DNA from: Octopus sinensis
Taxonomy: Eukaryota
NCBI RefSeq assembly: GCF_006345805.1
Contig: NC_042997.1
Span: forward strand, 124,434,001 to 124,498,000
DNA length: 64,000 nt
Reading direction: 5' to 3'
In this document: piece after piece, positions 1 through 13,368 of the stretch
How the letters are laid out: every line of letters begins with the position of its first letter
Numbering within the stretch: position 1 is the first letter of the stretch
Notes under the pieces: model-generated
The model's input: only the letters and a program-made list of their open reading frames with translations
Database searches by the model: none
Told to the model about the DNA's origin: nothing
Program-made: the position numbers and the translations under genes

Positions 1-1805
1 ATTATGATGGAAAACTTAAACATATTTAACTATAGCATTCTGAAATCTTGAAATGAAGACACCTCAGAGAAAAGACATTTCTAAAGAATGCCAATACAAA
101 CTGCTTCCTTTTCACAAACGGGGATGAGTTACAATTTGAATGGCAGTCTCATTTCTCATACTTTGCACATGATGGGCAATGAGATGTTACAAATAACAAT
201 TGTAGGAATGAATTGATTTTCTTCAATATAATTAATATATTGTGAAGAAATCTCACCTCTGCCGTCACTAAAGGCAAATGTACATTGATTTAAACGTGTC
301 GACGTTATTTCGTGTTGCGTATATGTTATAAGCATTCAAACATGGGGATATGTTTTCAATGTAGAAAGTGTAAACAGAATGAGCCTCTTGATGGTGATAA
401 ATAACAATATCATAATTCCACGTAAGTAAATTCTGATTCTGGAATATGAAAAATACACTGAGTTGAATAGCAAAATTTCTTAAATGATCGGTCTTTTAAT
501 GCGAAGATCATGTAATTTCCCAAAAGGTGTATGAAGAAATATATAACGATGTTATATTGTATATAATGTAACATATTGCATACATCGCTAAATAGTTTAC
601 GATCTGCTGAGTATTCTATGAACTACCGAACGGTGCATATAATTTGGAAACAATCTGCATTTCATATTATATGTACTAGTAGCTAGTTATCAAATATAGC
701 GTTTTGGGTTTTCTTTAGTTATTCCTTGCTGTAGTACACATCAATCTGTTCACACCCGTCATGTTCTTGTTCTTTAACTTTTATGAGGTATATTTTTTTC
801 TGTCAGATTTTGCAATATGCTGAACCGTCTATCTGTACTTGAAAGAAAGAGGAACTGGACGGAAACGCTCCCGGAAACTTAAATTTTGATATCTTACATC
901 AGTAATTCCCTTTCTAAAATGAATGCAGGCCGCTGGATTACACCGATTATCTATTAAGCATTCAATGATTTATGGATTATTTAAGTCATATGTATTTTCT
1001 AATATATCGAACGATTTGTTTGATTTAGCTCTTTCAAAATGCCCATGCTTTTAAAACAAAACTTTACCCTCAGGCTCATAAATATAGTCCCAGATACAGT
1101 GTATGAACAGCTACATTCATATCTGGTACATATCATATCTGACTTTGCTGTCAGAAATCAAAATTATTTCCCCTGCCACACTGAATCTAGTATTTTATTC
1201 ACGTTTTAGAAAACATAGGTAATTAATCATATTAAGAAAGACTCTTCTCATCATTTCTAACATATAAGCATTCAAGAATTTGAATATTTTCTTCTAATAT
1301 TTTAAACAAAAGCAGATAAGAAGCCATTTATTTAACGAAATTATTTATAAAATAAGGCGCGAGATCTGTTTTCAGTGATAAACGATGTTTAAATTTGCAA
1401 ATCTGTCAGCTTCAGTAAAAGTGTTATTCGTAAAATTTTCTATTTGCAAAATTACTTTTTAATTGACATCCAACGACGAATACAGCTATAGCATAACACT
1501 TCCAACAGATTGTATCATAGGAATTGAAATTGCAATTTGATTTTCTAAACGCCGATAAAACTTAATTGCAGTGCACTTTTAATTGACTACACATGCAGAT
1601 TGAGAGCCATTACGTATTGGCATGTAATCTTTCAAGCTTGCCTTTTACCGCCACATTCGATACACTTGTACATTCATCAAACTGTATAATTCCATGCATT
1701 GAAACGATTTATAAGAAGCAAATAGGAAAACCATCTAAATGTTTCAAATGATATTTTGGGGTAAGTGTGCAAGCCTATCTATCAATATTTATGTACACGT
1801 AATAT

Positions 1806-1849
<44 letters not shown>

Positions 1850-2241
1850 AATTAATTGTTATATATGCATATATTTGTGTATATAATATATTTATAGTTA
1901 TATTAATAATCCATGAATGAAATTTATAAATATTTTAATGTATCGCTACACGTATTTCAACAAATCCCATGATGGTTGCGATCATAATCCGTATTTCTTA
2001 GATGATTACACTTCACTACATAATATCCACGGTCATCAGGTGTATCTTAATTCAGGCATTCATTTCATTAAGCAAGAGACGGGAACGATGACTTCCCTTT
2101 GCAAATACTGATAGAGCACAGATAGTGCGTCAATTGACAGCAGGAGGCGATGTCTTTCTGGGGCTGCAAGCTACAGTAGCATCGACCCTTAAGGGTTAGC
2201 CTCATTTAGGTGGCAAATATACTTCACGATATATATACATA

Positions 2242-2289
<48 letters not shown>

Positions 2290-2729
2290 ATATATATCAT
2301 GTGAATATATGTACGTATAAATGTATACGTACATATATGAACACAGTTAAAGGGAAGTTCTATCATTCAAAGCGGAGTTGGTACAAGTTTTGATATTTCG
2401 GAGAATTTATTCCTAATAGTTCTCAACGGTTGCTAAGGGAACAGCTCCTTGCTTGAGGCTCCAACATTTACCATAAGTTTCGAACCATATCGAAATCCAG
2501 TTAATGTGTGGGCCAATTCAAGTGGTTTACTTCATTTTTGTGCTCTATATCTCAATTTATAATAACAATAACCGTGTTAAAAAGTTCATTATCTTTGAGA
2601 GATTGAAATATTACCAGGGAATATTTGGTATTAGCCCTGCTGTGGGAAACAATAACGGGAGAAAGAGAATTCCGACATATTAGTTCCTAAAATCCTGACT
2701 GTACCACCTCAATGCTTTACAGTAGGAGT

Positions 2730-3227
2730 TAAGCATTTTGCCCGGCGTTCTAACGATTCTGCCAGTTCCTGCCTTTCTTCAAACTAAATGTTCCTTTCTA
2801 CTATAGGCACCAGGCCTGAAACATTTTAGTAGAGGTGGGGGGCAATCGATTACATTGATCACAGTGTTCACCTTTTTTTATCGATTCCAAAAGGTCGAAA
2901 GACAAAGTTGACCTCAGCGATATTTGAACTCCGAACGTAAAAACAGACGAAATGCTGCGAAGCATTTTGCCTTGCGTGCTGTCGACTCTGGCAGTTCGCC
3001 GTCTTTGTTCGAATTAAATATTGATTTCTAGTTGTGGTGCATGACCATCAATGACGAGGAGGGTTTAAGTTGATTACATCGACCCCTATGCATAACTGGC
3101 ACTTATTTTATCGACTCCAAAAGGAAGAAAGACAAAGTAGAACTCTGCGGAACTTGAACGTAGACGGACGAAATTAAACAAAGCAGTTTGCCTAGCGTAC
3201 TAACCATTCTGAAAGCTTACCGCCATT
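2730..3227 (-). mobile_element. Head-to-tail decayed copies of SINE family A
   Basis: Repeated ...gaaagacaaagt.gacct..gcg..tttgaac...gcattttgcc... modules, homologous to 13154-13368. Confidence 0.75.
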
Positions 3228-3249
3228 TTTCAAACTAAATATTAACATA

Positions 3250-3409
3250 GGCTTAGGAGTGCCTGTGTGGTAAGTAGCTTGCTTACGAACCACATGGTTC
3301 AGTCCTACTGCGTGGCACCTTGGGCAAGTGTCGTCTACTATAGCCTCGGGCCGACTAAAGCCTTGCGAGTGGATTTGGTAGCCGGAAACTTAAAGAAGTC
3401 CGTCGTATA

Positions 3410-3486
<77 letters not shown>

Positions 3487-3700
3487 GTGTGTGTGTGTGG
3501 TGTGTGTGTGTGTGTGTCTGTGTTGTCACCGAACATGGCTTGACAACTGATGGTGGTGTGTTTACGTCCCAGTAATCTAGCGGTTCGGCAAAAGAGACCG
3601 ATAGAGTAAGTACTAGGATTACAAAGAATAAGTCCTGGGGTCGATTTGCTCCAGCATGGCCACAGTTACATGACTGAAATAAGTAAAAGAGTAACAGAGT
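3250..3700 (+). mobile_element. SINE family B (tRNA-like head, internal TA/TG microsatellite)
   Basis: gtgtggtaag...ggttcagtcc...ccttgggcaagtg...(TA)n(TG)n...gactgaaa; five long copies in this window. Confidence 0.85.
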
Positions 3701-4060
3701 AATCTTTTATACACAGTAAAACTTACGAACGAATATTTGTGTTAGATGTGAAAATTCCTTCTTTGTAATTTTTAAAACAAATGTAAATTACTACCATTTA
3801 ACTTAACCACCATATTTTAGTTATATTTAGATAATTTTGTCAGATTTCAAGTTTATATTTTGTAAAGTCCTATTTTGTTTCTATAAAAATGGTTTTTACA
3901 TTTTATTTAACAGTCTTTTGAGAAATTTGGAAACTCCACTTACATTTGGATGCAATTTATTCATAAAACTTACATAACACAAAAATTCAAATTTGCGAGA
4001 AAATAAAATGATTTGCTGAATCATAAAATACATTTTCCCAACGTTTTTTCTATATATATA

Positions 4061-4354
4061 TCACGTGATCACGTGACCGACCAGACCATCAGATGTAGTT
4101 AAACATCGCTGGTCACAATGCGTTCGCATTGTTTTAGCCTTCCAATGACGCCACCCCGCTGGCTAAGCGAGCAGGCCAACAGAAGAAAGAGTGGTGAAAG
4201 AGTACGGCAGGGATCACCATCCCCTGCCGGAGCCTCGTGGAACTTTTAAGGTGTTTTCGCTCAATAAACACACACAACGCCCGGTCTGGGAATCGAAACC
4301 GCGATCCTTCGACCGCGAGTTCGCTGCCCTAACCACTAGGCCATTGCGCCTCCA
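4061..4354 (-). mobile_element. SINE family C (tRNA-derived head)
   Basis: Minus strand tggaggcgcaatggcctagtggttagggcagcg...ggtttcgattccc (A and B boxes); second copy at 22606-22886. Confidence 0.88.
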
Positions 4355-4375
4355 CACACACACACACACACACAT

Positions 4376-4428
<53 letters not shown>

Positions 4429-4430
4429 AT

Positions 4431-5293
4431 ATAAACAAACAGGGGGGTGCACGTAACGCCGCAATAATATAAGAATAAATGTTTTTATATATAAAGAACG
4501 TGAAATACAGAAAGGGACGAACACGGAACACAGACAAATCATTCGAAGCCTTCAATCTTCAGTCAGACACCGAATCATCATAGCAAATTTCGGCTGTTCA
4601 ATTCTGATATTTGCTCCAACTCGGCCAGCCCCAAGAAAAAAAAAACTAAGCTGTAAGCATTAGATTTCTTGGTAGAAGACAAGAATGTATACGCAAGAGA
4701 CGGATGTAAATACAAGAGACGAAAACGAAATTGAAAACAGTAATGGATAAACAAAATATAACGGTGGTTATCTTACGACTTTAGACCAAATGAGACAAAA
4801 ACAAAAAACAAAATAGCAGCTGGCGTAGAAATAATTACCTTTTCGGTAGAGGGGACACATGTTGGTCGAGATACGATCGCCAACAGAATGGTAAGAAGCA
4901 GCAGGTTGCAGGAGAGAGGAGAAAGAGAGACGAGAGAGAGGGAATCAAAGAGGTGGAAGGCAGGGACAGAATCAGTGACCAAGAGAAAAGGAGAAAGAAG
5001 GGATTGAGGAGGATGGGAGGAAGAGGGGGGAAGAATCGGAGGGCGCCAAAATAGTTTGGGTAAAGAAGCAATGGCGGGTAGGAAAGAGAAAGTATATAGA
5101 AGTCGTGCAGGGTTTAAAATTGGATAAACAAACGGGGGGGGGGGTGCACGTAACGCCGCAATAATATAAGAATAAATGTTTTTATATATAAAGAACGTGA
5201 AATACAGGAAGGGACAAACACGGAACAGAGACAAATCATTCGAAGCCTTCAATCTTCAGTCAGACACCAAATCATCATAGCAAATTTCGGCTG
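4431..5293 (-). mobile_element. Non-coding retroelement-like unit with ~166-bp direct terminal repeats (probable Penelope-type 3' region)
   Basis: 4431-4596 and 5124-5293 are near-identical direct repeats around a strand-skewed GA-rich body; abuts (TA)n. Strand inferred by analogy with the CT-rich Penelope UTR. Confidence 0.55.
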
Positions 5294-5375
5294 CAAACAC
5301 ACACAAGCTTGGCAATGACTGAAATTGTTTGATATTGTTAAACATATATTTATATCTATTTATCCATCCATCTAT

Positions 5376-5462
<87 letters not shown>

Positions 5463-6031
5463 GGGTGAATGTAGCAAGAAGGCACGTATGAATGACGAAG
5501 CCACCTTGAGCATAGTCCTATGAACCCAGAAATCGAAAACAGAGAGTTGCTTATTTGCAAAAAAAAAAAAAAAAAAAAAAGAAATATAAAATGTGACTTC
5601 ATTGACCGAGGTTACCGTGGTCTTTTCCGCAGGCTTTTCTTTCCACGGGTAAACCTCACCTTCTCCCCTTACACTTCATATTGACATTTCTGTGATAACG
5701 ATCCCTATTGATCATTTTTTTTTCCTCTCCACCCCCCCCTTTTTTTTTTTTTTTTTTTTTAACCCCCCTATTTTTGTCCTCTTTCTCTCATCCTTTTACG
5801 ATCCCTTTTGATCGAACCTCCCTTCCTTTTTTTTTTTTTTTTTTTTTTTAATACCTTCAAAAGAAAGCTCTACCTTGTAATTTGTTCTATCTGTGTGCAG
5901 CCCTGTGTGGCTAATAAAGAAACATATTATATATATCTATCTTTTACTTCTCGTTCTTCCTTTTGTTCTCCCTCTCTCTTGTGTGTGTACATATAGAGCG
6001 AGAGATAGTGATGTGCATATATATTTGTGTA

Positions 6032-6062
<31 letters not shown>

Positions 6063-6287
6063 ATGTATGTATGTATGTATGTATGTATGTATCTATCTAT
6101 CTATCTATCTATATAGATAGATAGATAGATAGATAGATACATACATACATACATACATACATACATACATACACACACACACATACACAAATATATATGC
6201 ACATCACTATCTCTCGCTCTATATGTACACACACAAGAGGGAGGGAGAACAAAAGGAAGAACGAGAAGTAAAAGATAGATATATATA

Positions 6288-6365
<78 letters not shown>

Positions 6366-6438
6366 GGATAAATAGACATAAATATATGTTTAACAATATC
6401 AAACAATTTCAGTCATTGCCAAGATTGTGTGTGTTTGC
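5293..6438. repeat. Large inverted duplication (palindrome centred near 6112), left arm interrupted by a LINE fragment
   Basis: 5926-6112 is the reverse complement of 6113-6290, and 5293-5461 is the reverse complement of ~6290-6438, with few mismatches outside microsatellite length. Confidence 0.95.
5462..5925 (+). mobile_element. 3' end of an L1/Tx1-type LINE inserted in (TATC)n
   Basis: Present in only one palindrome arm. Begins with an ORF C-terminus (VNVAR..ARMNDEATLSIVL*), has a pyrimidine-rich UTR and ends aataaagaaacat. Clade assignment is from pattern memory. Confidence 0.65.
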
Positions 6439-7435
6439 GTTTACATACATATATACGCACATGTATGCGCAGTTTTAAACAAATAAACTGAAAGACTATA
6501 ACAAATACACATCGAGTGCATTTACCCGTTAGCATAGTGAGTGTATAATCTTATAAGAATCAAAATAAGCGATATGTGGTTCTATATCGTAACAGCAGCC
6601 TTTATACATGTGCACTCCTATATTTAAATATAGGTCCATGTGTCTTTCTTAAATGCATCTATGTTTCTGTCAACCTGACATCGTCTCTATATCAATTTCA
6701 CTTAAATGTAGGTTACCTAACCATATAATTAATTAATGACATTTTTCTTCAACCTTCCGGATTAAAGCATTAAAGCATACGTAGGAATTTCATGAAAGAT
6801 GATATTCAACGACTATAATTTGCATGTGGAGATAAAAAAACACTTGATCTGAAAGATGTCATACTGTTTTATAGTATCATGATTAACCGTATAGCATAAT
6901 AGGACGTGATGGAGACGTTTTTGCATAATTTTCTGTTGAAAACCGCTAATACGAACAATAGTAAATTACAGTTCTGTATATAATTGATTATATCTATAAT
7001 GTAGTGTAGTTATTTTTTCCCCGTGATGCATGTCATAATATGGATCATGTCAACTGGTGTTTTATTTTTTATTGAGATCAGATGAAATAACGATTCTTTT
7101 TTTCATTGATTCTTATATTTAACGACACATCAAGTTGCTTAGCAGTTGGAATGGTTTACATAAGACGTTGGAATTATAAAGCAAAGTGCAAGGAATCTCG
7201 ATGTGGAATTGAGGTCGAATTTCCGAAGAAGTTCTGAGTGCTGCATTCTTACTTTTTTATTCCTATTTTATGCATTGTTACGCATCACGGCTGAACGGAA
7301 CACTCAACCAACCAACAGTTCTCAGATTGTGTTTATTTCTGAGTGGACAACATCACCATCACTATATATATGCACACAAACATACAAATAAATAAATATA
7401 CATATAAATATTATGTATATGTGTATATATATATG

Positions 7436-7605
7436 AGTTACCGGTAGCCACTACACACATTTTTTCTCTCCTTGTTTTTTTTGTGTCCCTTTCTGTAGAG
7501 CGCAGGCACGAAACGTAAAAGAGTTTTTCAATTCCTGAGCGTTATACTAATACATCTGTTTGTTTTCTACACCACCTGTCTCCGTCATTTGTTTCTTTCG
7601 TGAAC
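7436..7605 (+). mobile_element. Solo Penelope terminal module with degenerate hammerhead-like motif (7489-7521)
   Basis: Homologous to 29740-29930 (ctttctgtagagcgcaggcacgaaacgtaaaag...tactaatacatctgtttg); sits between microsatellites. Confidence 0.7.
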
Positions 7606-9837
7606 TCTCTCTCTCTCCCCCTCTCTGTGTCTTTCTCTCTCTCTTTCTCTCTCTCTCTTTCTCTCTCTCTCTATATATATATGTATGTGTATGTATATAT
7701 ATATGTGTGTGTGTGTTTGTGTGTTTGTGTATATGTGAGTGTTTGTGTGTGTTTGTGCCTGTGTATATATATATATATGTGTGTGTGTGTGTATGTGTGT
7801 GTAAAATCCTTTGTCAGTATAATCCAACATAATATATCCTCATAATTCTGATATATCCAGAGTTGGCCAACAGGCAAACGTTTGCATGGTTTCATCTAAG
7901 ATACTTTTTCCACAACTTTGATTACGTCAAGTCATGCCGAGATAGTCTATAATTGTTAATTTTCTCTTAGATGTGAAAGAAATGGTAATAATAGTCTTCC
8001 AGTTGATTAACACAAATTTATTGTCGTTCAGATATCACCAATTCATTTGTAAATTATTTGATATTTCCCTAACTAGCATGCATTTATTTTTATTAAGACA
8101 TAATGATAATCTTTCTACACCAACTGATGCCTATAAAAATAGAACGAAATTAAGAAGAGAGAAACAAATGATTTTGCGATTTGAAGCTAAAAGGGTGGGC
8201 TTAATGTCAATTTTTTTATACCTCAGTTATTATATTGTAAGATGTAAGCGGAACTTTGTCAAATTAGATCCGTGAAAAGAAGTATATTTAGAGTGGAGCA
8301 GATGGAACTAAATCGATATATTTTAGCTGTAAATTCATGGAGTATATACCCGACTTCCTAAAATTTGAACTCGGAGAATACAAGATGAGAATTAACAGTC
8401 ATGCAATTATACTGATTTTACCTCTTGAAATATGGAAATTTATTTCTGAATATTGCAGTAAAATTTCTGAAAAGCTTATCTAACGGTATTTCTTACAGCA
8501 GTTGATTATATCTATGTTTTGAGATCATTTTACAATATTTTACTTGAATTTCCAGCTTCATTTTGTTGATATCACAATGAAAAATGTACCATTCCAATTT
8601 AAAATTTGGATAGTTTTTATGAGGTAATTTCTCTCTAAACATGTCTGCGCCATTTACATTGTTAGTCAGCGCTATAGGGCGATTGACTACGCGGAACATG
8701 AGACGATGCAGTACTATGACAGTAGAGATTGTTTAACATACGGTTTACTTATTAAAGAATGATATATTCATATGCTTTTCAGCTTTATAACATTTTTAAT
8801 TGTAAACTTCTTAGTTTGGCTGTGAATTTTAAAACAGCTCTGAGAATGTGTAAATCAGACATACTGGCCTCGTCTATTCTTATTCATAGCCGGTATTGTG
8901 AGAAGACTGGGTTTAGATTCAAAAGTTTTTCATTTATTGGCTATTCAGAAATGACCTCTAATGATCTTACATCATTACGCTGATAGACGTACATTAGAAG
9001 GTCAGACAAGCGGTCAATTCCTTTCGCATAGGCATACAATTCTGACTGGTCCGTTTTATCAGTTTTCAAATGAAACAGCTGCATTTATCATTTTCCAAAG
9101 TATACCATGAGATAAATTTTCTCTATTTTTGTTTTATATTTAACAGGTATTTTACTGTTTAACTTCAACATGAGAGTTCCTCGGCAACGGTCTATCTTTA
9201 GCTTCGACCTATACAACTGTGCAAAATTTTCTTTTCTTCAAACCCACATTCGATTCTTTTAAATACTTTTCGGCATTCAATTGTTAGGAATTTCCTTAGA
9301 AATCATCCAATAAATTAAGTCTCATTCTTTAAAAACTTAAATAGAATCAGTACAATGCGAGTGCTACTATACGGCTACTTAAAATATAAGAAATAAATAT
9401 TAAATCGCCTTTAAATCATATCAGCTGCGATACAAATGGAGGAGATATTAAATAATGTAGTTCGGGATACATTATGTCCACAGTAAAAGTAATTTAGAAA
9501 ATTTCAAACTATAAGCACGATTTTAACCATATTAAAACACAAAACTTTAAATTTATTTTCCAGTTATTTATTGTAGTTTGAAAAGCATTCTCCGCATCAC
9601 TGGATTTTCCACTATGTATTTGCATCACTTTCAACACAGCGTCTCAGGTCAAGACAGTTGCTAGTCAAGCACAGTTCCAAAAATAGAGTAGACATACTTT
9701 TGATCATAAGACTTGTTATGTCGAGGTTGACCTTTTGTTAAACATCACGAGCATCTAAATAAATTTGGTCATTTGCAACTTTCTTTTAACTCTAACATTT
9801 TTTCTGCTCAAAATAATTCTGATAATAATCTATTGTA

Positions 9838-11070
9838 TTGGGTGATCCCATAAATTATGCAGTTTAAAAAAAATATATTTTTGAAAATTAAGATAAACAA
9901 AGTTTTTTTAATCTAATATATACTCTCCTTCATTTTCTACAATGCTCTTCTATCTATGTGGTAGTCTTGCAAGGCCCCTCTTCCAAGATTTACTTGTCCG
10001 TGACGAAAAATATTATTCCAGTATTGTTCTGGCCTCATCTACAGAATCCATATTCTTCCGTCCAAATGAATTTGGAGACTGCGGAATAAATGATAATCAA
10101 ATGGAGCAATGTCCGGCGAATATGATGGGTGGCGCAGCGTTTCCCATTCAAAGTGATCCATCGTTTGGAATGTCATCCTTGCTGTATGTGGCTGAGCATT
10201 ATCTTTCGTCTTTAAACCAAAGATGGTCATTATTCTTCTAGCGCTGACTTAAACCGCTCACGCTGCTTGCAGTAGATGTCCTTTGTTATCCTTTGGTTTG
10301 GATTTAAAATTTCAAAGTTTACTAAATCTTTCATATCCCACCTAACAGATAACAACACCTTTTGTGGGTGAAAACCTTCTTTAGCCAGGGGTGCCGGTGT
10401 TTCTCTTTTCCCTACCCACTGTCTTCGGCGCTTGACATTTTTATAGAAAACCCATTTCTCGTCACCAGTCACTATTCGGTCCAAAAAAGGTTCATTCATG
10501 AGACGTGACAGCAAAGAAGAGCACACGTTCAGTCTCTGTGCGCGATTAGACTCACAAAGTTTGTGAAGAACCCATTGACCCAATTTGCTGAATTTTTCGA
10601 TGACAGGCAGATGTCAATGAATGGTTGAAGGAGCATATCCAAGCTTCTCTGCTAGTTACTCAACGGTTACGATGGGGTTTTGTTCAACCACGTTTTGTTC
10701 GACGTCCTTGTCGAGCTCTACAAATTTTCCACGACGAGACTTCTTGGCTGTAGTTTCCGACTCGGAATTTCTAGAACCACCGTTGACACTAGTTTGTGCT
10801 TATTGTCTGATCCCCGTATACTGCATTAATATTCCTCGCACTTTCCGTTGCATTTTTGCATTTATTGAACAGCAAAATATGCCAAATATGCTTCTTTGTC
10901 ACTTCCATTATAGCTTTGAAAAAATAACTGTTAAAACTTGCACTGAGAATAAATACAAGGTAAAATTACTACCTGCTTTTATAGCAAGTTGATTCAGGTA
11001 TTGCATCCCATCCCCCTCCTACTTTTACCTTATGCAATTGAGAAAACGCATTATTTATGGGGTGACCCAA
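9838..11070 (-). mobile_element. Near full-length mariner (D,D34D) DNA transposon, inactivated
   Basis: TA on both sides. Imperfect ~28-bp TIRs ttgggtgatcccataaattatgcagttt / aaacgcattatttatggggtgacccaa. Frameshifted transposase with WVLHKL, IVTGDEKW, DNAQPH and YSPDIAPFDYHLF. Confidence 0.95.
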
Positions 11071-11088
11071 TATATAATAACTGATTAC

Positions 11089-11293
11089 TTTAGGCACAAG
11101 GCCAGAAATTTTAGGGCAGGAGGCCAGTCGATTAGATCGACCCCAATACGCAACTGGTACTTAATTTATTGACCCCGAAATGATGAAAGGCAAAGTCGAC
11201 CTTGGCGGAATTTGAACTCAGAACGTAAAGACAGCCGAAATACCGCTAAGCATTTCGCCCGGCGTGCTAACGTTTCTACCAGCTCACCGCCTT
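11089..11293 (-). mobile_element. SINE family A
   Basis: Reverse complement of aaggcggtgagctgg.agaaacgttagcacgccgggcgaaatg...gagttcaaattccgcc (B-box-like). Confidence 0.85.
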
Positions 11294-13153
11294 TCATCGA
11301 AACACCTATGACTGCGTACATGAGTTCGGAAGTAGCTATATGTCTTTATTTTTATGATAATGTCCTTAAATTTAAATGTAGGACAAAAGCATAACACCTA
11401 ATACAACTACTATTCAAAATTGTATGAAAAGCATTTATCTTAGCTAGAAAGCTGCACTTTGCAAACGAGGGAGAAACTGGATTGCGTACCCAATGACAAG
11501 AACAGTTGAAGTAATGGGAACTCAGCAGGAATCAGAGATTAAGGTAGAAGCTACATAAATGAAGATTCCGACATTGTGTCTGTTAACATCGATTTCGAAT
11601 GACAACTCGATATATATTAATGCTATATGTATAATTAGCGATGGAGAAATAACAACATTCTGAATTAAAATACTTCATTGAGTAATACAACGTTTGTTCG
11701 TTTTCCTACTCGTTGCAAAGATAAGAAATGAAAAGATGTGATGTACACCAAGTAATAACCAGTCCATGAAATGCAATACAAGCAAGAATTACAGAGGTTA
11801 GACCGATGAAGATCTTCGAACACAAGAAATCAATTTCGGACCTATATGAATGATATCGTTGTAGGATGTAAACGAATAGAAACTAAATGCGATAAATTTA
11901 CATGTGTCTAACATAATAGAATAATAAATAGTTAACTTGTGGAATCAACTGAATAAGCAGATTGAAACGCAGAGGAATTTGAAAAACGAGAAATGCTGTG
12001 AAGTCGTCAGCAAGGAAACAAGTAATGGAAGGATCAACCAGAATGCTAGTAAATTTACATGGCAGGAAGTCTGCGTTGACTTAAGATCTGAAGAATGGGA
12101 GAAATAATATATAACAGAATGGTAGCCAAGAAAGAGAGAGAAATACCACAGAACTTAGCCAATTTATGATTATTTCATTTTATCCTTTATTTTTCCACCC
12201 GAGATATTCATATTTATTTCATTTTATCTTTCATTTTGTCCACCCGAGATATTTTGTCACCCCTGATATAATAATATATAATATCCCAGAAAATATGCAC
12301 TTCTCTTTATTTGATGCCACAACACATCTTTATTACCTTCGGTACTGATTTAAATGTAAAACTTCAGACCTTGAAGTATTTATTCCCGCATTTTCTGTTC
12401 TGAGTCCAAATCCCATCATGGTTTCTTTGGATGCTAAAGCAACACTTTTGCGCCAGGGTACTTGTTAGCAAAAAAGTTCACACTGTTACATGTATTTAAG
12501 CTAGGTCTCCCCTTTTATTATATTTTTTCTTCCTACCTTCCTCAAGTCAGAGACGCCTTGTGAAATGGTCATGGGTGCTGTTTTACTCCTCATTATGATA
12601 CCCATCACGAATTATGTGTCGTTCTAAAAACAAAACCAATAAAACTTTGTATTTCAATGGATAAGAAGTTGAGACAAAAGCACCGCGCATGTTTGTCTAA
12701 AATGTAACCACCAACTGACGTAGAGGTAAAGTTCGAAAGTTTATGTTATACACTCTGCAAACTCCTTTTTACGAAAGTAAAAGATTACTGTTTTAATAGA
12801 ATCAGCCCAGCAAAGGATCAGTACTGTGACATATTCTCTGCTTCTCAGGTTTATTTGTATCATTTTCAGGTGTACAATGCACGGATTCAATCAAGGTCAA
12901 AGACAACTACAGAGCATGGTCAAAGTTTTAGCATTTTGTTTGTTATTTTATTTTCTCTTTCATTTGTATCCATTTTTAAATATTTATTCATTTTTTATTC
13001 AGCTGTCCTTTTATCCATCATCTAATAATTAATAGTGATTTCCAAACTATATTATTATTTTTTTAAGTAAATCGAATATCCATTCATTGCTTTAACTTAT
13101 ATTTATAACCATACATCCTTCTTTGCCTGCAGTCTATATTCATTTTATCTCAT

Positions 13154-13368
13154 AAGGCGGCGAGCTGGCAGAAATGTTAGCACGCCGGGCGAAATATTTA
13201 GCAGTATTTCGTCTATCTTTACGTTGTGAGTTCAAATTCCGCCGAGGTCGACTTTGCCTTTTATCTTTTCGGGGTCGATAAATTAAGTACAAGTTGCATC
13301 CTGGGGGTCGATCTAATCGATTGGACCCCTCCTCGAAAATTTCGATCCTTGTGTCTAAAGTAGAAAAA
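13154..13368 (+). mobile_element. SINE family A
   Basis: aaggcggcgagctggcagaa...gagttcaaattccgccgaggtcgac...ggggtcgat; multi-copy in this window. Confidence 0.85.

Noticed and set aside
2347-2680. TTAA-AGGG start suggestive of a Kolobok-type element
   Set aside because: No matching right terminal inverted repeat found.
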